From assembly GCA_963667725.2 (NCBI GenBank), contig CAXXHO010000005.1:832001-896000 (forward strand): a stretch of DNA of 64,000 nucleotides, written 5' to 3'. This DNA is from Treponemataceae bacterium (lineage in GTDB: Bacteria; Spirochaetota; Spirochaetia; Treponematales; Rectinemataceae). Both the position numbers and the translations under genes were made by a program. Numbering within the stretch: position 1 is the first letter of the stretch; every line of letters starts with the position of its first letter. Shown one piece after another: positions 1 through 9,134 of this stretch. The notes beneath the pieces were generated by a model that did not search any database, was not told the origin of the DNA, and saw only the letters and a program-made list of their open reading frames with translations.

Positions 1-194
1 AAAAACGCGGCATCAAAATAAGAAATGAAGCATGATTCCATTATTATTTATTTATATTATATAAAGTTATGCATATTGATCCTTAAGAAGACCAATACTC
101 ATGCTCATTCTTCATGTCTTTCGCGGCGGTCCCTGCCCGTCATTCATAAGCACAGGCTTCGGCGGCGGCGCTGAAACATTCATCAAGGTCTCTT

Positions 195-1397
195 TCACCC
201 AGCGGACAAGCCGGCAAGGTAGTTCAGCGCGAACCCGGCGAGAAGCGCGGCGCCGCGAGCAAGCTGGTCGTCGCCCGCGTTGAAATGGGGCGAGTGATGT
301 GGCTTGTCGGTTCCCTTGGAGGGATCGTTGATGCCCAGCATGCCGAACACGGCGGGTATTTTTTCGCCGTAATAGCTGAAATCCTCCGAGCCCATGGCGA
401 TGGGGATTTCTTTCGTGTTTTCTTTACCCAGCAGATCGGTGGCCGTGCGCAGCATCAAATCCGTCAACGCGGGATCATTCACCGTCACCCCATAAATCTG
501 CGTGTAGGTAAGGGTGGATGCGCATCGAAGGGCATCCGAGACGCCTTTGATGACTCTCGCCATGCGCGATTCCATCTCGGAGCGCGTGGTCCTGTCGGTA
601 GTCCTGACGTTGCCGGTGATGAGCGCCGTATCGGGTATGATATTGGGCGCGCTTCCCGTTTCTATCTTGCCCACGCTCAGCACGACGCTTTCCAGGGGAT
701 TGATCTCCCGGCTCACGATCGTCTGGAGCATGGAAATGATGTAACTCGCGGCTATCGTGGGGTCGATGGCCTTGTGGGGCATGGCCCCATGGCCTCCCTG
801 ACCTTGGATCGAGACTTCCCAAATGTCGGCAGAAGCCATTATCGGGCCATTTTTTATTGCCAGGACACCGGCCGGGTGCTCGGACATCACGTGCAGTCCG
901 GCGATCGCGCTCACCCCTTCCAGGACTCCTTCCTCTATGAGCTTTAGAGCGCCGGAGTTTCGCCCCGTTTCCTCGGCGGGCTGAAAAATAAGGCGGACCC
1001 GGCCGGAGAAGCTATCCTTCATGGCCATCAGTATCCGCGCGGCCCCGATCAATATCGCGGCGTGGGCATCGTGCCCGCAGGCGTGCATCACGCCTCCGAC
1101 AGTGGACGCGTAAGGGACATCGTTCGCCTCGACTATCGGCAAGGCATCGATATCGGCCCTGAGCGCGACACAGGGGCCTTCCCCGACGCCCGCTATTTCG
1201 GCGATCACGCCGGATCCCGTACCGGCAAAACCTCTCTTGATGTTTTCGCAGCCGAGTTCCCTCAGCAGCGATTCTATTTTCTTGGAGGTTTCGATCTCCT
1301 TCCACCCGAGCTCGGGACGAGCGTGTATCTCATGCCTCAAGGCGATCAAGTCTTTCTCGATTCCCCTGGATAGGTCAAGTATTCTTTCTGAATTCAT
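195..1397 (-). CDS. M20 family amidohydrolase (M20D/Acy1-like)
   Basis: Motifs ALRADIDALP, MHACGHDAH, FQPAEE, GGHGAMPH, GSEDFS; 400 aa. Confidence 0.92.
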   Translation of the reverse strand: MNSERILDLSRGIEKDLIALRHEIHARPELGWKEIETSKKIESLLRELGCENIKRGFAGTGSGVIAEIAGVGEGPCVALRADIDALPIVEANDVPYASTVGGVMHACGHDAHAAILIGAARILMAMKDSFSGRVRLIFQPAEETGRNSGALKLIEEGVLEGVSAIAGLHVMSEHPAGVLAIKNGPIMASADIWEVSIQGQGGHGAMPHKAIDPTIAASYIISMLQTIVSREINPLESVVLSVGKIETGSAPNIIPDTALITGNVRTTDRTTRSEMESRMARVIKGVSDALRCASTLTYTQIYGVTVNDPALTDLMLRTATDLLGKENTKEIPIAMGSEDFSYYGEKIPAVFGMLGINDPSKGTDKPHHSPHFNAGDDQLARGAALLAGFALNYLAGLSAG

Positions 1398-1415
1398 TCG
1401 GTGCGTCCTTCTCGA

Positions 1416-2594
1416 TCAGAACATTTTCACGATAAAGCCAGCCAGTATCACCGAAGCTACGGTCACCGTGGTAAATCCCGCGATAAGCATTTTGGGCAGA
1501 ATGCGCTTCAGGAGAAACTGCTTCTCGCTTTCATTTTGGGAGAGCGAGGCCGCGACTTCCTGGGAAATGATATAGGTTCCGGGGAACCCGAAAAGACAGG
1601 TGGAGCCGATGGCAAGGCTCAGTTCCCAAGAATATCCCAGGAGCTTGCTGAAGAGCAGAGCAACGGCGATCATACCGATCAGGGAAATCACGAAGGCGAG
1701 AAGCATGGGAAGCAATAGAGACACGACGAGCTCCGGCGTGGCTTTGGAAAGGCTTATGAATATAGGGACGAGGAGGAAAAACATGGCGAGTCCGGCGGAA
1801 TTGGCCTTGTCCAGTACCTTGAATTCGATGAAGCCTATCTCATACGCGATGATGCCGAAAAAGAGGGCGACGATATAGGGATGAATGACGTTCCCTATGA
1901 GGCCGGCGGCGCCCACGGCCAGCCACGCGACCAAGAGCGTCTTGGCGAGGAGGATAAAGGGCGTCTGCAGACCCTTGGGCAGCGGCGGAATCAGCCGCCA
2001 GGATGGAACCTCCGGATCGGAAGCATTCTTGGCTGAGTCTTTTTCCGCCAATCCTCCCGACCTGAAACCGGCGATAAGCCTTTTCCCTTCTCGTTTGAGG
2101 CAAAACGACGCGATCGGCAGGCCTATAAAGCTTTGGAGGACCAGGAGAAGCGTGGCGAACACCATGAGCGTCTCCTGCCCCTTGGCTTTCGCCGCTTCGC
2201 TGACGATGAGCGTCGCGACGACGCCGCCTGAAATTGGCCCGATGGCGGTAAGAGCCCGTTCCTGCCCGATGAGAGGAGTTCCGATGAAATAAAGCGTGAC
2301 GGAAAGGGCGATGAGGGCCGAGATGGCCACGAGCACGGTTCTCCACTCATCCTTCAGGTCTTTGATCTTCATCAGGCTGCCCATATAGACCATGAGCATC
2401 GAGATGAGGGCCATCGCCACGGGAGCTATCTTGGAATCATCGAAGAGCGTCTTGGGGATGCCGACCCAGAAACCGACCAAAAAAAGAAGGCCCGAGGCGA
2501 ACATCATGGAAAAGAGGGCTTTCGTCTTGTGCGAAACATAGTCCCCGATCGCGTAGATGACGGCGATGATCAGGATAGCGGTAAGCGCTGGCAT
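1416..2594 (-). CDS. Multi-pass membrane protein, putative transporter co-transcribed with the amidohydrolase
   Basis: About 10-12 hydrophobic segments; GGAGG RBS before ATG; 18 bp gap to the amidohydrolase. Confidence 0.75.
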   Translation of the reverse strand: MPALTAILIIAVIYAIGDYVSHKTKALFSMMFASGLLFLVGFWVGIPKTLFDDSKIAPVAMALISMLMVYMGSLMKIKDLKDEWRTVLVAISALIALSVTLYFIGTPLIGQERALTAIGPISGGVVATLIVSEAAKAKGQETLMVFATLLLVLQSFIGLPIASFCLKREGKRLIAGFRSGGLAEKDSAKNASDPEVPSWRLIPPLPKGLQTPFILLAKTLLVAWLAVGAAGLIGNVIHPYIVALFFGIIAYEIGFIEFKVLDKANSAGLAMFFLLVPIFISLSKATPELVVSLLLPMLLAFVISLIGMIAVALLFSKLLGYSWELSLAIGSTCLFGFPGTYIISQEVAASLSQNESEKQFLLKRILPKMLIAGFTTVTVASVILAGFIVKMF

Positions 2595-2837
2595 AAGAAC
2601 CTCCCGTAGACCGTTGCGATAAAGTCACGCTGCACGGAAAATGGATCCAACCAATCCTATGTTTCTATGCATCGATACATTCAAGCCTAGGCGGTTCGCG
2701 ATGTCAAGCTGAATTTTTCGATCTTTCGATAAAAATTGTCAGTATTTATGCCGCAAAAGCACCTACCGCCCTCGTCGACGAATTCCATATTGGCAGCGTA
2801 CCATACTGCGGTTATAGTAGCCTCAAGAGGAATACGC

Positions 2838-3878
2838 ATGAAAGCCGCCATTTTCGACCAGTTCCGCGCTCCGATCGCCATCGCCGAAGTGCCCGACCCC
2901 CAGGTTCCCGAGGACGGCGTCGTCCTGGCCGTGGACGCCACAGGCATCTGCAGGAGCGACTGGCACGGCTGGCAGGGCCACGACACGGACATCAGGTTGC
3001 CCCACGTTCCGGGACACGAGCTCGCGGGCACCATCGTCGAGGTGGGCAAGGGCATCAAGAACTGGAAGCGCGGCGAGCGGGTCACCATGCCCTTCGTGGC
3101 AGGCTGCGGGCACTGCGCCCCCTGCCAGTCAGGCAACCAGCAGGTCTGCGACCACCAGTTCCAGCCCGGCTTCACGCATTGGGGATCCTTCGCCCAGTTC
3201 GTCGCCATCCACTACGCGGACATGAACCTCGTCCGCCTCCCGGACAGCATGGATTCGGTGTCCGCGGCGAGCCTCGGTTGCCGTTTCGCCACCGCCTTCA
3301 GGGCCCTGGAAGCCCAGGCCAGGGTGCGCGCGGGCGACTGGGTCGCCATCCACGGCTGCGGCGGCGTCGGTCTCTCCGCCGTCATGATCGCCAAGGCCAT
3401 GGGCGCCAGAGTCGTCGCGGTGGACATCCAGGAGGACAAGCTGGACATGGCGAGGCAGCTCGGCGCCGACGTGGCCATCGACAGTCGCGCCACCCCTGAC
3501 ATCGTCGGCGCCATCAAGGACGCCACAGGCGGCGGCGCCCAGGTTTCCATGGACGCCCTCGGCAGCCTCAGCACCTGCTTCAACTCGGTGGCCTGCCTCG
3601 CCAAACGGGGGCGGCACGTGCAGGTAGGCCTCATGCTGGGCGACCAGCACCATCCCGCGATCCCCATGGATCTCGTCGTCGCCCGGGAACTCGAAATCTA
3701 CGGAAGCCACGGCATCCAGGCCCACCGCTACGACGTCCTCCTTGGCATGGTCGCCTCAGGCACCCTCCGCCCCGAACTCCTCGTCACCGACCGCTACACC
3801 CTGGCCGAAGGCATCGACTTCCTCCAGAAGATGGATCAGTTCCCGGGCATGGGGATCAGGGTGATCGACAGGATATAG
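2838..3878 (+). CDS. Zinc-dependent alcohol dehydrogenase (MDR family)
   Basis: GICRSD, GHE, CGHCAPC..C zinc motifs and GCGGVG Rossmann motif; start at MKAAIF after AAGAGG. Confidence 0.92.
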   Translation: MKAAIFDQFRAPIAIAEVPDPQVPEDGVVLAVDATGICRSDWHGWQGHDTDIRLPHVPGHELAGTIVEVGKGIKNWKRGERVTMPFVAGCGHCAPCQSGNQQVCDHQFQPGFTHWGSFAQFVAIHYADMNLVRLPDSMDSVSAASLGCRFATAFRALEAQARVRAGDWVAIHGCGGVGLSAVMIAKAMGARVVAVDIQEDKLDMARQLGADVAIDSRATPDIVGAIKDATGGGAQVSMDALGSLSTCFNSVACLAKRGRHVQVGLMLGDQHHPAIPMDLVVARELEIYGSHGIQAHRYDVLLGMVASGTLRPELLVTDRYTLAEGIDFLQKMDQFPGMGIRVIDRI

Positions 3879-3981
3879 GTAAAGACTGGAATTCATACGG
3901 TATCGCGGTTTTTCAAGAACCAAAAAGGAGTCCATTCCCGATTGGTCTTGACTTTTCGGGAATACGCTCCATAATAGTCAT

Positions 3982-5109
3982 ATGGAACGAAGCATCGCGC
4001 CATTTATCCTAAAAGATCTGCAAAAGAAAATCGTACTCGTTTCGGGACCTCGCCAGGTCGGTAAAACCACGTTGGCCAAGAACCTCATGAAAGAGTATGA
4101 CTACTTCAATTTTGACAACAGCGAACATCGTCTCGCGCTGAACGAGAAAAGCTGGGACAGGCGAAAACCCCTGGTGATTTTTGACGAGCTTCACAAGATG
4201 CCGGAATGGAAGACGTATCTCAAGGGGATTTTTGACGTTGAAGGAACAAAGCCCGCTCTCCTGGTGACAGGAAGCGCAAAACTTGACGCGTTCAAAAAGC
4301 TTGGGGATTCCCTTGCTGGTCGCTTTTTTTCCTATCGCCTCCACCCCTTTGATGTCAAAGAGGCATCCTCGCTCATAGAACCGGAAGAAGCCTTGACTCG
4401 CTTGCTCAAAATGGGAGGTTTTCCCGAGCCATTTCTGGAGAATGATCCTGTTTTCTATGCTCGTTGGAAGAAATCTCATATCGATGTCATCCTGCGACAG
4501 GATTTGTTCGACCTTGCGGCGATTCAGGATATTCTTTCCGTAGAGACCTTGATAGAAATGTTGCGAAGTCGAGTCGGATCGCCAATTTCATATGCTAATC
4601 TCGCTCAAGACCTGAAGAAAGATCCTAAGACGGTAAAGTCATATCTCGAGTTGCTGGAAAGTCTCTATATCATATTTCCGGTACGCCCATGGCATCGAAA
4701 CATCGCTCGCTCAATTCTAAAGGAGCCGAAATATTATTTTTTCGATACCGCTATGGTAAAAGGCGATGACGGAAAAAAGCTTGAAAACGCTGTCGCCTGC
4801 ATCCTTAAAAAGCAGTTGCATTACATGGAAGACACGCGTGGTGTCTCCACTGAATTATGCTATCTTAAGACGAAAAACGGGAATGAATTGGATTTTGTTG
4901 TGTCGCAGGATGGCGAATTGACTCACGCTTATGAAATAAAGTTATCGGATTCATCACGTTCGCCATCGTTTTCCCATTTTGAGGCTACGCTCGCCAAAAC
5001 GCACAGGATACAGATCGTCATGAATTGCGAACGCGAGAAGACTTTCCCGGACGGTCTTGAAATCCGAAAGGCCGCCGCCTATCTGGCCACGATCGATGTG
5101 AGCAGATGA
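3982..5109 (+). CDS. AAA+ ATPase, AAA_14/DUF4143 type, with C-terminal PD-(D/E)xK-like domain
   Basis: Walker A GPRQVGKT, Walker B IFDE, TGS, GGFPE, PKYYFFD, ELDF...EIK. Confidence 0.88.
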   Translation: MERSIAPFILKDLQKKIVLVSGPRQVGKTTLAKNLMKEYDYFNFDNSEHRLALNEKSWDRRKPLVIFDELHKMPEWKTYLKGIFDVEGTKPALLVTGSAKLDAFKKLGDSLAGRFFSYRLHPFDVKEASSLIEPEEALTRLLKMGGFPEPFLENDPVFYARWKKSHIDVILRQDLFDLAAIQDILSVETLIEMLRSRVGSPISYANLAQDLKKDPKTVKSYLELLESLYIIFPVRPWHRNIARSILKEPKYYFFDTAMVKGDDGKKLENAVACILKKQLHYMEDTRGVSTELCYLKTKNGNELDFVVSQDGELTHAYEIKLSDSSRSPSFSHFEATLAKTHRIQIVMNCEREKTFPDGLEIRKAAAYLATIDVSR

Positions 5110-5188
5110 GAACGATGAAAGATTCCCTCTCACCGCGAAAGGCCGCCCGGAATGACGCCCAGGCGGCTTTCAGCATTTTTTGAAATTT

Positions 5189-6823
5189 TTATTTAATCAG
5201 CTTTATCACGTTTTCGGCCACGTACCACTTCGAGCCATTGAAAACCGCCACGCCCTCCGAATCCACCGCCTCGCCGTTCAGAGAGACGACGCTCTTGTTG
5301 CGGGGTATGCGCAGCGTTTTATCACCCTTGACGGCGACGAGTACGATGTTTTCCGGATCGGTCTTGTCCACCGAAACGGTGGCGCCTATCTTGGAGAACA
5401 TCGAGACCGCGTCCTGGAAGAGGCGGGAGGTCGTCGCCTCGAGATCGACGTTCATCGTCGCGGCCATATAGGTCGCGATATCGGTGTTCCTCACCAGGCC
5501 GGAGAGTCTTTTGCCGAATGGATCGTAGCCGTACAGGACGACATCCTCGCCGGTATGTCCGTTGGTGGTGAAACCGATCTTCGCGCGGGCGGCGACCATG
5601 GGACCGATCGCGTAATTCAGGGAACCGGACTTCGCGGCGGCAAGCGCGGCGACCTCGGCGTCCGTCAGGTCGGAGATTCCCATGTAGGCGGCGACGACTT
5701 CCTTTATCGCCTCTTCCTTGGAACGATCGGCAGCCTTGGCCGCGAGCGTCGCCGCGAGCGCCGCCTCGAGCCCTTCGCCGGTGAGGCTCGCTTTCTTGAG
5801 CGGATTGATGAAGGTGGTCCAGGAGGTCTTGTCGTAGCCGGAACTGATCGAGCGATCCCCTATCGAGATGCCCGAATTGCCATGGTCGGTAGCGGCGATG
5901 ACGACGGTGTTGCCGTCCTGTTTCGCGAAGTCGAGGGCCGCCTTCACCGCGTCGTCGAAGGCGATTATATCGGTGACGAGTGCGACTGGATCGTTCGCGT
6001 GCGCCGCCCAGTCGATCTTGGAGCCTTCCACCATGAGGAAAAATCCTTTTTTATTGGACGAGAGGATTTCGATGGCTTTAGCCGTCATTCTGGCGAGCGA
6101 GGGTTCGTTTCCCGAATCCCTGTCGATGTCGTAGGACATCGCGGTGGCCGTCTTGTTCTTGCCGAAGGTGCCGACGAGCCTGTCGCCCCTGAAAGCGCGC
6201 AAGTCCGAGGCGTTGTCCACGTAGCCATAGCCCCGCGACGCGAGAATGGCTTTCATGTCCTCTTTATCTTTTCTGGCTTCCGCGTTCAGGTAAGGCGTTC
6301 CGCCGCCGAGGATTACGTTGAGCCCGTTGTAGACAATCTGTTCGGTCAGGTTGTCGTAATTGGAGCGGGAGGGATCGTGGGCGCTGAAATCGGCCGGCGT
6401 CGCGTGCATGAACTCGCTTGTGCTGATTATGCCTGTAGAGCGGCCGCTCAGGCGCGCGGCCTCGAGAATCGTCGCCACCGGGCGCGATTCATCGGCCTCG
6501 GGAACCGCGACCCCGGGAAGCAGGTACAGCTTGCCTATGCTTGCCACGTTCCCTGTCTGGGAAGCCCAGCCGGTGGCAAAGGCCGATCCCGCGGGCGCGG
6601 AATCGGCGATGGTCCCATCTGAACTCCATGTGCTCACGAGACCGCAGGCTATCTCATCCAGGGCCAGCGGCGCTCCTTTATAGAACCTGGCCAGGGTAGT
6701 GCCCGCCACGCTCATGCCGTCCGGGATGAGCATTATCACGTTCTGGGCGAAAGCCCGCGTTCCCATGCCCAGAATCAGCATCGCCAAGACGACCCCGTTC
6801 TTCATGTTTCTTCTCATTTTCAC
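5189..6823 (-). CDS. Secreted alkaline phosphatase
   Basis: Signal peptide; NVIMLIPDG, ADSAPAGSA (active Ser), HATPA, EGSKIDWAAH, TDHG, GHTGEDV. Confidence 0.92.
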   Translation of the reverse strand: MKMRRNMKNGVVLAMLILGMGTRAFAQNVIMLIPDGMSVAGTTLARFYKGAPLALDEIACGLVSTWSSDGTIADSAPAGSAFATGWASQTGNVASIGKLYLLPGVAVPEADESRPVATILEAARLSGRSTGIISTSEFMHATPADFSAHDPSRSNYDNLTEQIVYNGLNVILGGGTPYLNAEARKDKEDMKAILASRGYGYVDNASDLRAFRGDRLVGTFGKNKTATAMSYDIDRDSGNEPSLARMTAKAIEILSSNKKGFFLMVEGSKIDWAAHANDPVALVTDIIAFDDAVKAALDFAKQDGNTVVIAATDHGNSGISIGDRSISSGYDKTSWTTFINPLKKASLTGEGLEAALAATLAAKAADRSKEEAIKEVVAAYMGISDLTDAEVAALAAAKSGSLNYAIGPMVAARAKIGFTTNGHTGEDVVLYGYDPFGKRLSGLVRNTDIATYMAATMNVDLEATTSRLFQDAVSMFSKIGATVSVDKTDPENIVLVAVKGDKTLRIPRNKSVVSLNGEAVDSEGVAVFNGSKWYVAENVIKLIK

Positions 6824-6936
6824 TCCTTATCCCCGCAGGGGTTGGCTGAGAATAGCTTGTGAATGTTAAAGGTCCTTTTCGTTTCCATGAAAAATTGGTA
6901 AATACGACGACACGCAATCGAAGCGATGAGAAATCC

Positions 6937-7800
6937 CTATGGCCAGTTGGGCGTCGCGGTTCTGTATATGTTCCAGGATCCGGTAAACGCGTTGGAGTCC
7001 AGGGTTATGGCCGTCTGGGCCAATAGCCTGCCGTTGACAACCGCCCCTGTGTTCACTTCAATTAGGGTTTTGCACAGGATGATTCCCTTGAAATCCGATG
7101 TGGTTCCCAAGGTGGTCTGTCCAGCGACCGGCCAGAAAACGTTCTTGGCCACAGCTCCGCCGCTCAACGTTACCATGGCGCCATTTCCCACGGTGAGATC
7201 CTGCGCTATCTAGAATATCCAGACATCGTTGGCGCCACCGGAGAGCGTGCGTCCCGACGCGTCGGTATAGGCAGTTTCCATGTCGCCTATGGCCGTCGTC
7301 AGGTTGGCCGGCGTAGGAACCGCATAATCTGCGGCGTAGATGCTTCCCGTGACGAAGGGCGATGTCGAGAAGACGTTAGTCGCATCCATTGAGAGCGAGA
7401 AGCCTGTGATGTAAGTGGCGGCGGCCGGGCTTACGCCGATGTCACCGGTGATGGCCGTCGTTCCGGAGGTTCCGAGTTCGACAGGCGACGGACCGGCAGC
7501 CATATTGACCCCTGTCGTGAAGTTCCAAACGTATTCCGCTTCCATCGCGTTGCCGGCAAGATCCTTGACGGCGACCGTCATAGTCGCCGTATAGAGGGTG
7601 CTGCTCGCAAGTTCGCTTTCAGGAGCGAGGGTAGCCACGAGATCTTCATAGGAGACCGCAGATGGAATGGGGGTAAGACCCTGAGCCAAGGAGAATGATA
7701 CGACATCCACGGTCGCGGCATCGTCGGTGGTTACAGGGTTAGCGCACCCGAAAACGAGCAAAGCCGCAAGAAAAATAGGTATAAAACAAAACTTTTTCAT
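6937..7800 (-). pseudogene. Ig-like + DUF3494 (ice-binding-like) lipoprotein with in-frame TAG and internal deletions
   Basis: Lipobox FGC; frame reads VWIF*IAQDLTVGNG across TAG 7210-7212 where the intact paralog reads VWIFQISG; continues in frame to GRLLAQTAITLD. Confidence 0.85.
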
Positions 7801-7825
7801 ACAACGCACCTCCTGATCAGTGCCA

Positions 7826-8173
7826 TCAATGAATCGTGTTGGCGCCGAGGGTGACAGTCGCTGTGTATTCTGTGCTTGCCGCAAGGTCAGCGTTCGGGTT
7901 GAAAGTCGCTACCTTGGCCGCGTAGCTCACGACGCCGGCTACGGGAGTGACTCCCTGGGCAAGAGTAAAGGTAAGATCAGTAATCGTCGCCGAATCCATA
8001 TCTTCATCAAAGGTCGCCGTAACGCTGGCATTTCTCTCTACCGCGACCGCCGCATCGGCTGGACCCGTGGAGCCGATAGTGGGTGGAGTAAGGTCTTCTA
8101 TGTCCATGGGTGTATTGCAGCCGAACATCGCAAAGGCTGCCAATAGCAGCCCGATCAAAACTAATTTTCTCAC
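7826..8173 (-). pseudogene. Truncated Ig-like (Big_5/SbsA-type) lipoprotein
   Basis: GTG start with AAGGAG RBS, lipobox MFGC, PTIGSTGP...TATFDEDMD...FNPNADL..TEYTATVT, then stops before the DLAGN...WSFTT strand seen in paralogs. Confidence 0.65.
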
Positions 8174-8363
8174 ATTATGTATCTCCTTATAGTTACAAAA
8201 TACGCCTCTTCCGAAAGTCGGCCTGTTTGCCAGCACGCATAGGACATCTTCGCAACTCTTCATATGTAAATAAAATATTTACGTTACTTTCGCATCATCT
8301 GTGGGCTGTCGCATAGACTGAGCCTAGCGGCGAGCCGTATGGTTACTTCCAGAAAAGGATTGA

Positions 8364-8492
8364 TTCCAAGGAATCGTGCTCTGTCAGACCGCGATCCATC
8401 CGGGAACCGGGGTTAGCGCCAATGGCAGGCTTCTGTCGCAGACGGCCGTGACCATTGACGGCAGTACGGTGGATGAGCCCTCTATGCAATAG
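8364..8492 (+). pseudogene. Orphan C-terminal fragment of a third DUF3494 gene
   Basis: Manual translation FQGIVLCQTAIHPGTGVSANGRLLSQTAVTIDGSTVDEPSMQ* matches the C-terminus of 9135-10214; preceded by in-frame TGA, no start codon. Confidence 0.85.
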
Positions 8493-8517
8493 CCGAAATA
8501 ATCCAACCACTGAGTAC

Positions 8518-8569
8518 GCAGATAAAAGGCGGGACCGGGGCGAATGCCCCGGTCCCGCCTTTTATCTGC
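8518..8569. terminator. Bidirectional intrinsic terminator, perfect 24-bp stem
   Basis: GCAGATAAAAGGCGGGACCGGGGC-GAAT-GCCCCGGTCCCGCCTTTTATCTGC between convergent units. Confidence 0.8.
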
Positions 8570-8592
8570 CGCGCGAGTGTCCTTAGTAAGGT

Positions 8593-8937
8593 TTATTGTC
8601 GCGCGAACTCGCGAACAAGTCCGCCACCCGAAGGCGTCAATGTCATGATAGAATTCCCGCTATTGAAGGAATAGATTTCGACCTGGTCCTCCGAAGATCC
8701 GGCCCACGTCACTGTCAGTGTGGTACTGTCGGAAACCCATGTGCCCGTGGTGACAACACCCACGCTCAAAACCGTCGTTGTCCCAAGGCTGGTACCATCA
8801 GCATTAAAGTCATAATTCGTGGTTACCCCCAATGTTGTGTTTTCCCATACCCCTACGATCGGGTTGAATATTGAAGTAAGTGTGCAGCCCGAAATTACAA
8901 GTACGACAACTAATGCGAAAACAATGCGTTTTTTCAT
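8593..8937 (-). CDS. Small beta-rich lipoprotein (lipocalin-like, IVGVW motif)
   Basis: MKKRIVFALVVVLVISGC lipobox; GGAGG RBS; NPIVGVWE...GTW. Confidence 0.75.
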   Translation of the reverse strand: MKKRIVFALVVVLVISGCTLTSIFNPIVGVWENTTLGVTTNYDFNADGTSLGTTTVLSVGVVTTGTWVSDSTTLTVTWAGSSEDQVEIYSFNSGNSIMTLTPSGGGLVREFARQ

Positions 8938-9001
8938 AAAAATCCTCCGATTTTTACTTCTTTGACCTAAATAGACTATAGACACAACGAAGAACAACAT
9001 C

Positions 9002-9043
9002 TGTGCGGCAGCGCACATACTGATCTATGTGTGCTGCCGCACA
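9002..9043. promoter_or_regulatory. Pair of Crp/Fnr-like palindromic sites
   Basis: TGTGCG-GCAG-CGCACA (9002-9017) and TGTGTG-CTGC-CGCACA (9028-9043) between divergent lipoprotein genes. Confidence 0.7.
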
Positions 9044-9134
9044 GACCTTCCCTATTCAAATGCCTATTCTTTGAACATAGCGAAGGGCATACGACCATGA
9101 AATTTACCGCCCCTCTTTATCAAGGAGAACTTCC

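Noticed and set aside
5180..6622. Long antisense ORFs (also 16966-18189, 21898-23289, 35393-36613, 40016-41446, 42606-44051)
   Set aside because: Shadow frames of well-supported GC-rich genes on the opposite strand; no recognisable motifs
6850..6905. Pho box upstream of the alkaline phosphatase
   Set aside because: Only weak, irregular TTTAC/TTAAC-like repeats; not supportable
7210..7212. Pyrrolysine or programmed amber readthrough in the DUF3494 paralog
   Set aside because: Position corresponds to Gln (one C-to-T change), the gene has other lesions, and no pyl genes are in the window
9000..9045. Inverted repeat read as an RNA hairpin or terminator
   Set aside because: Lies between divergent genes, has no U-tract, and each arm is itself a palindrome that recurs singly at 11151; better explained as two protein-binding sites
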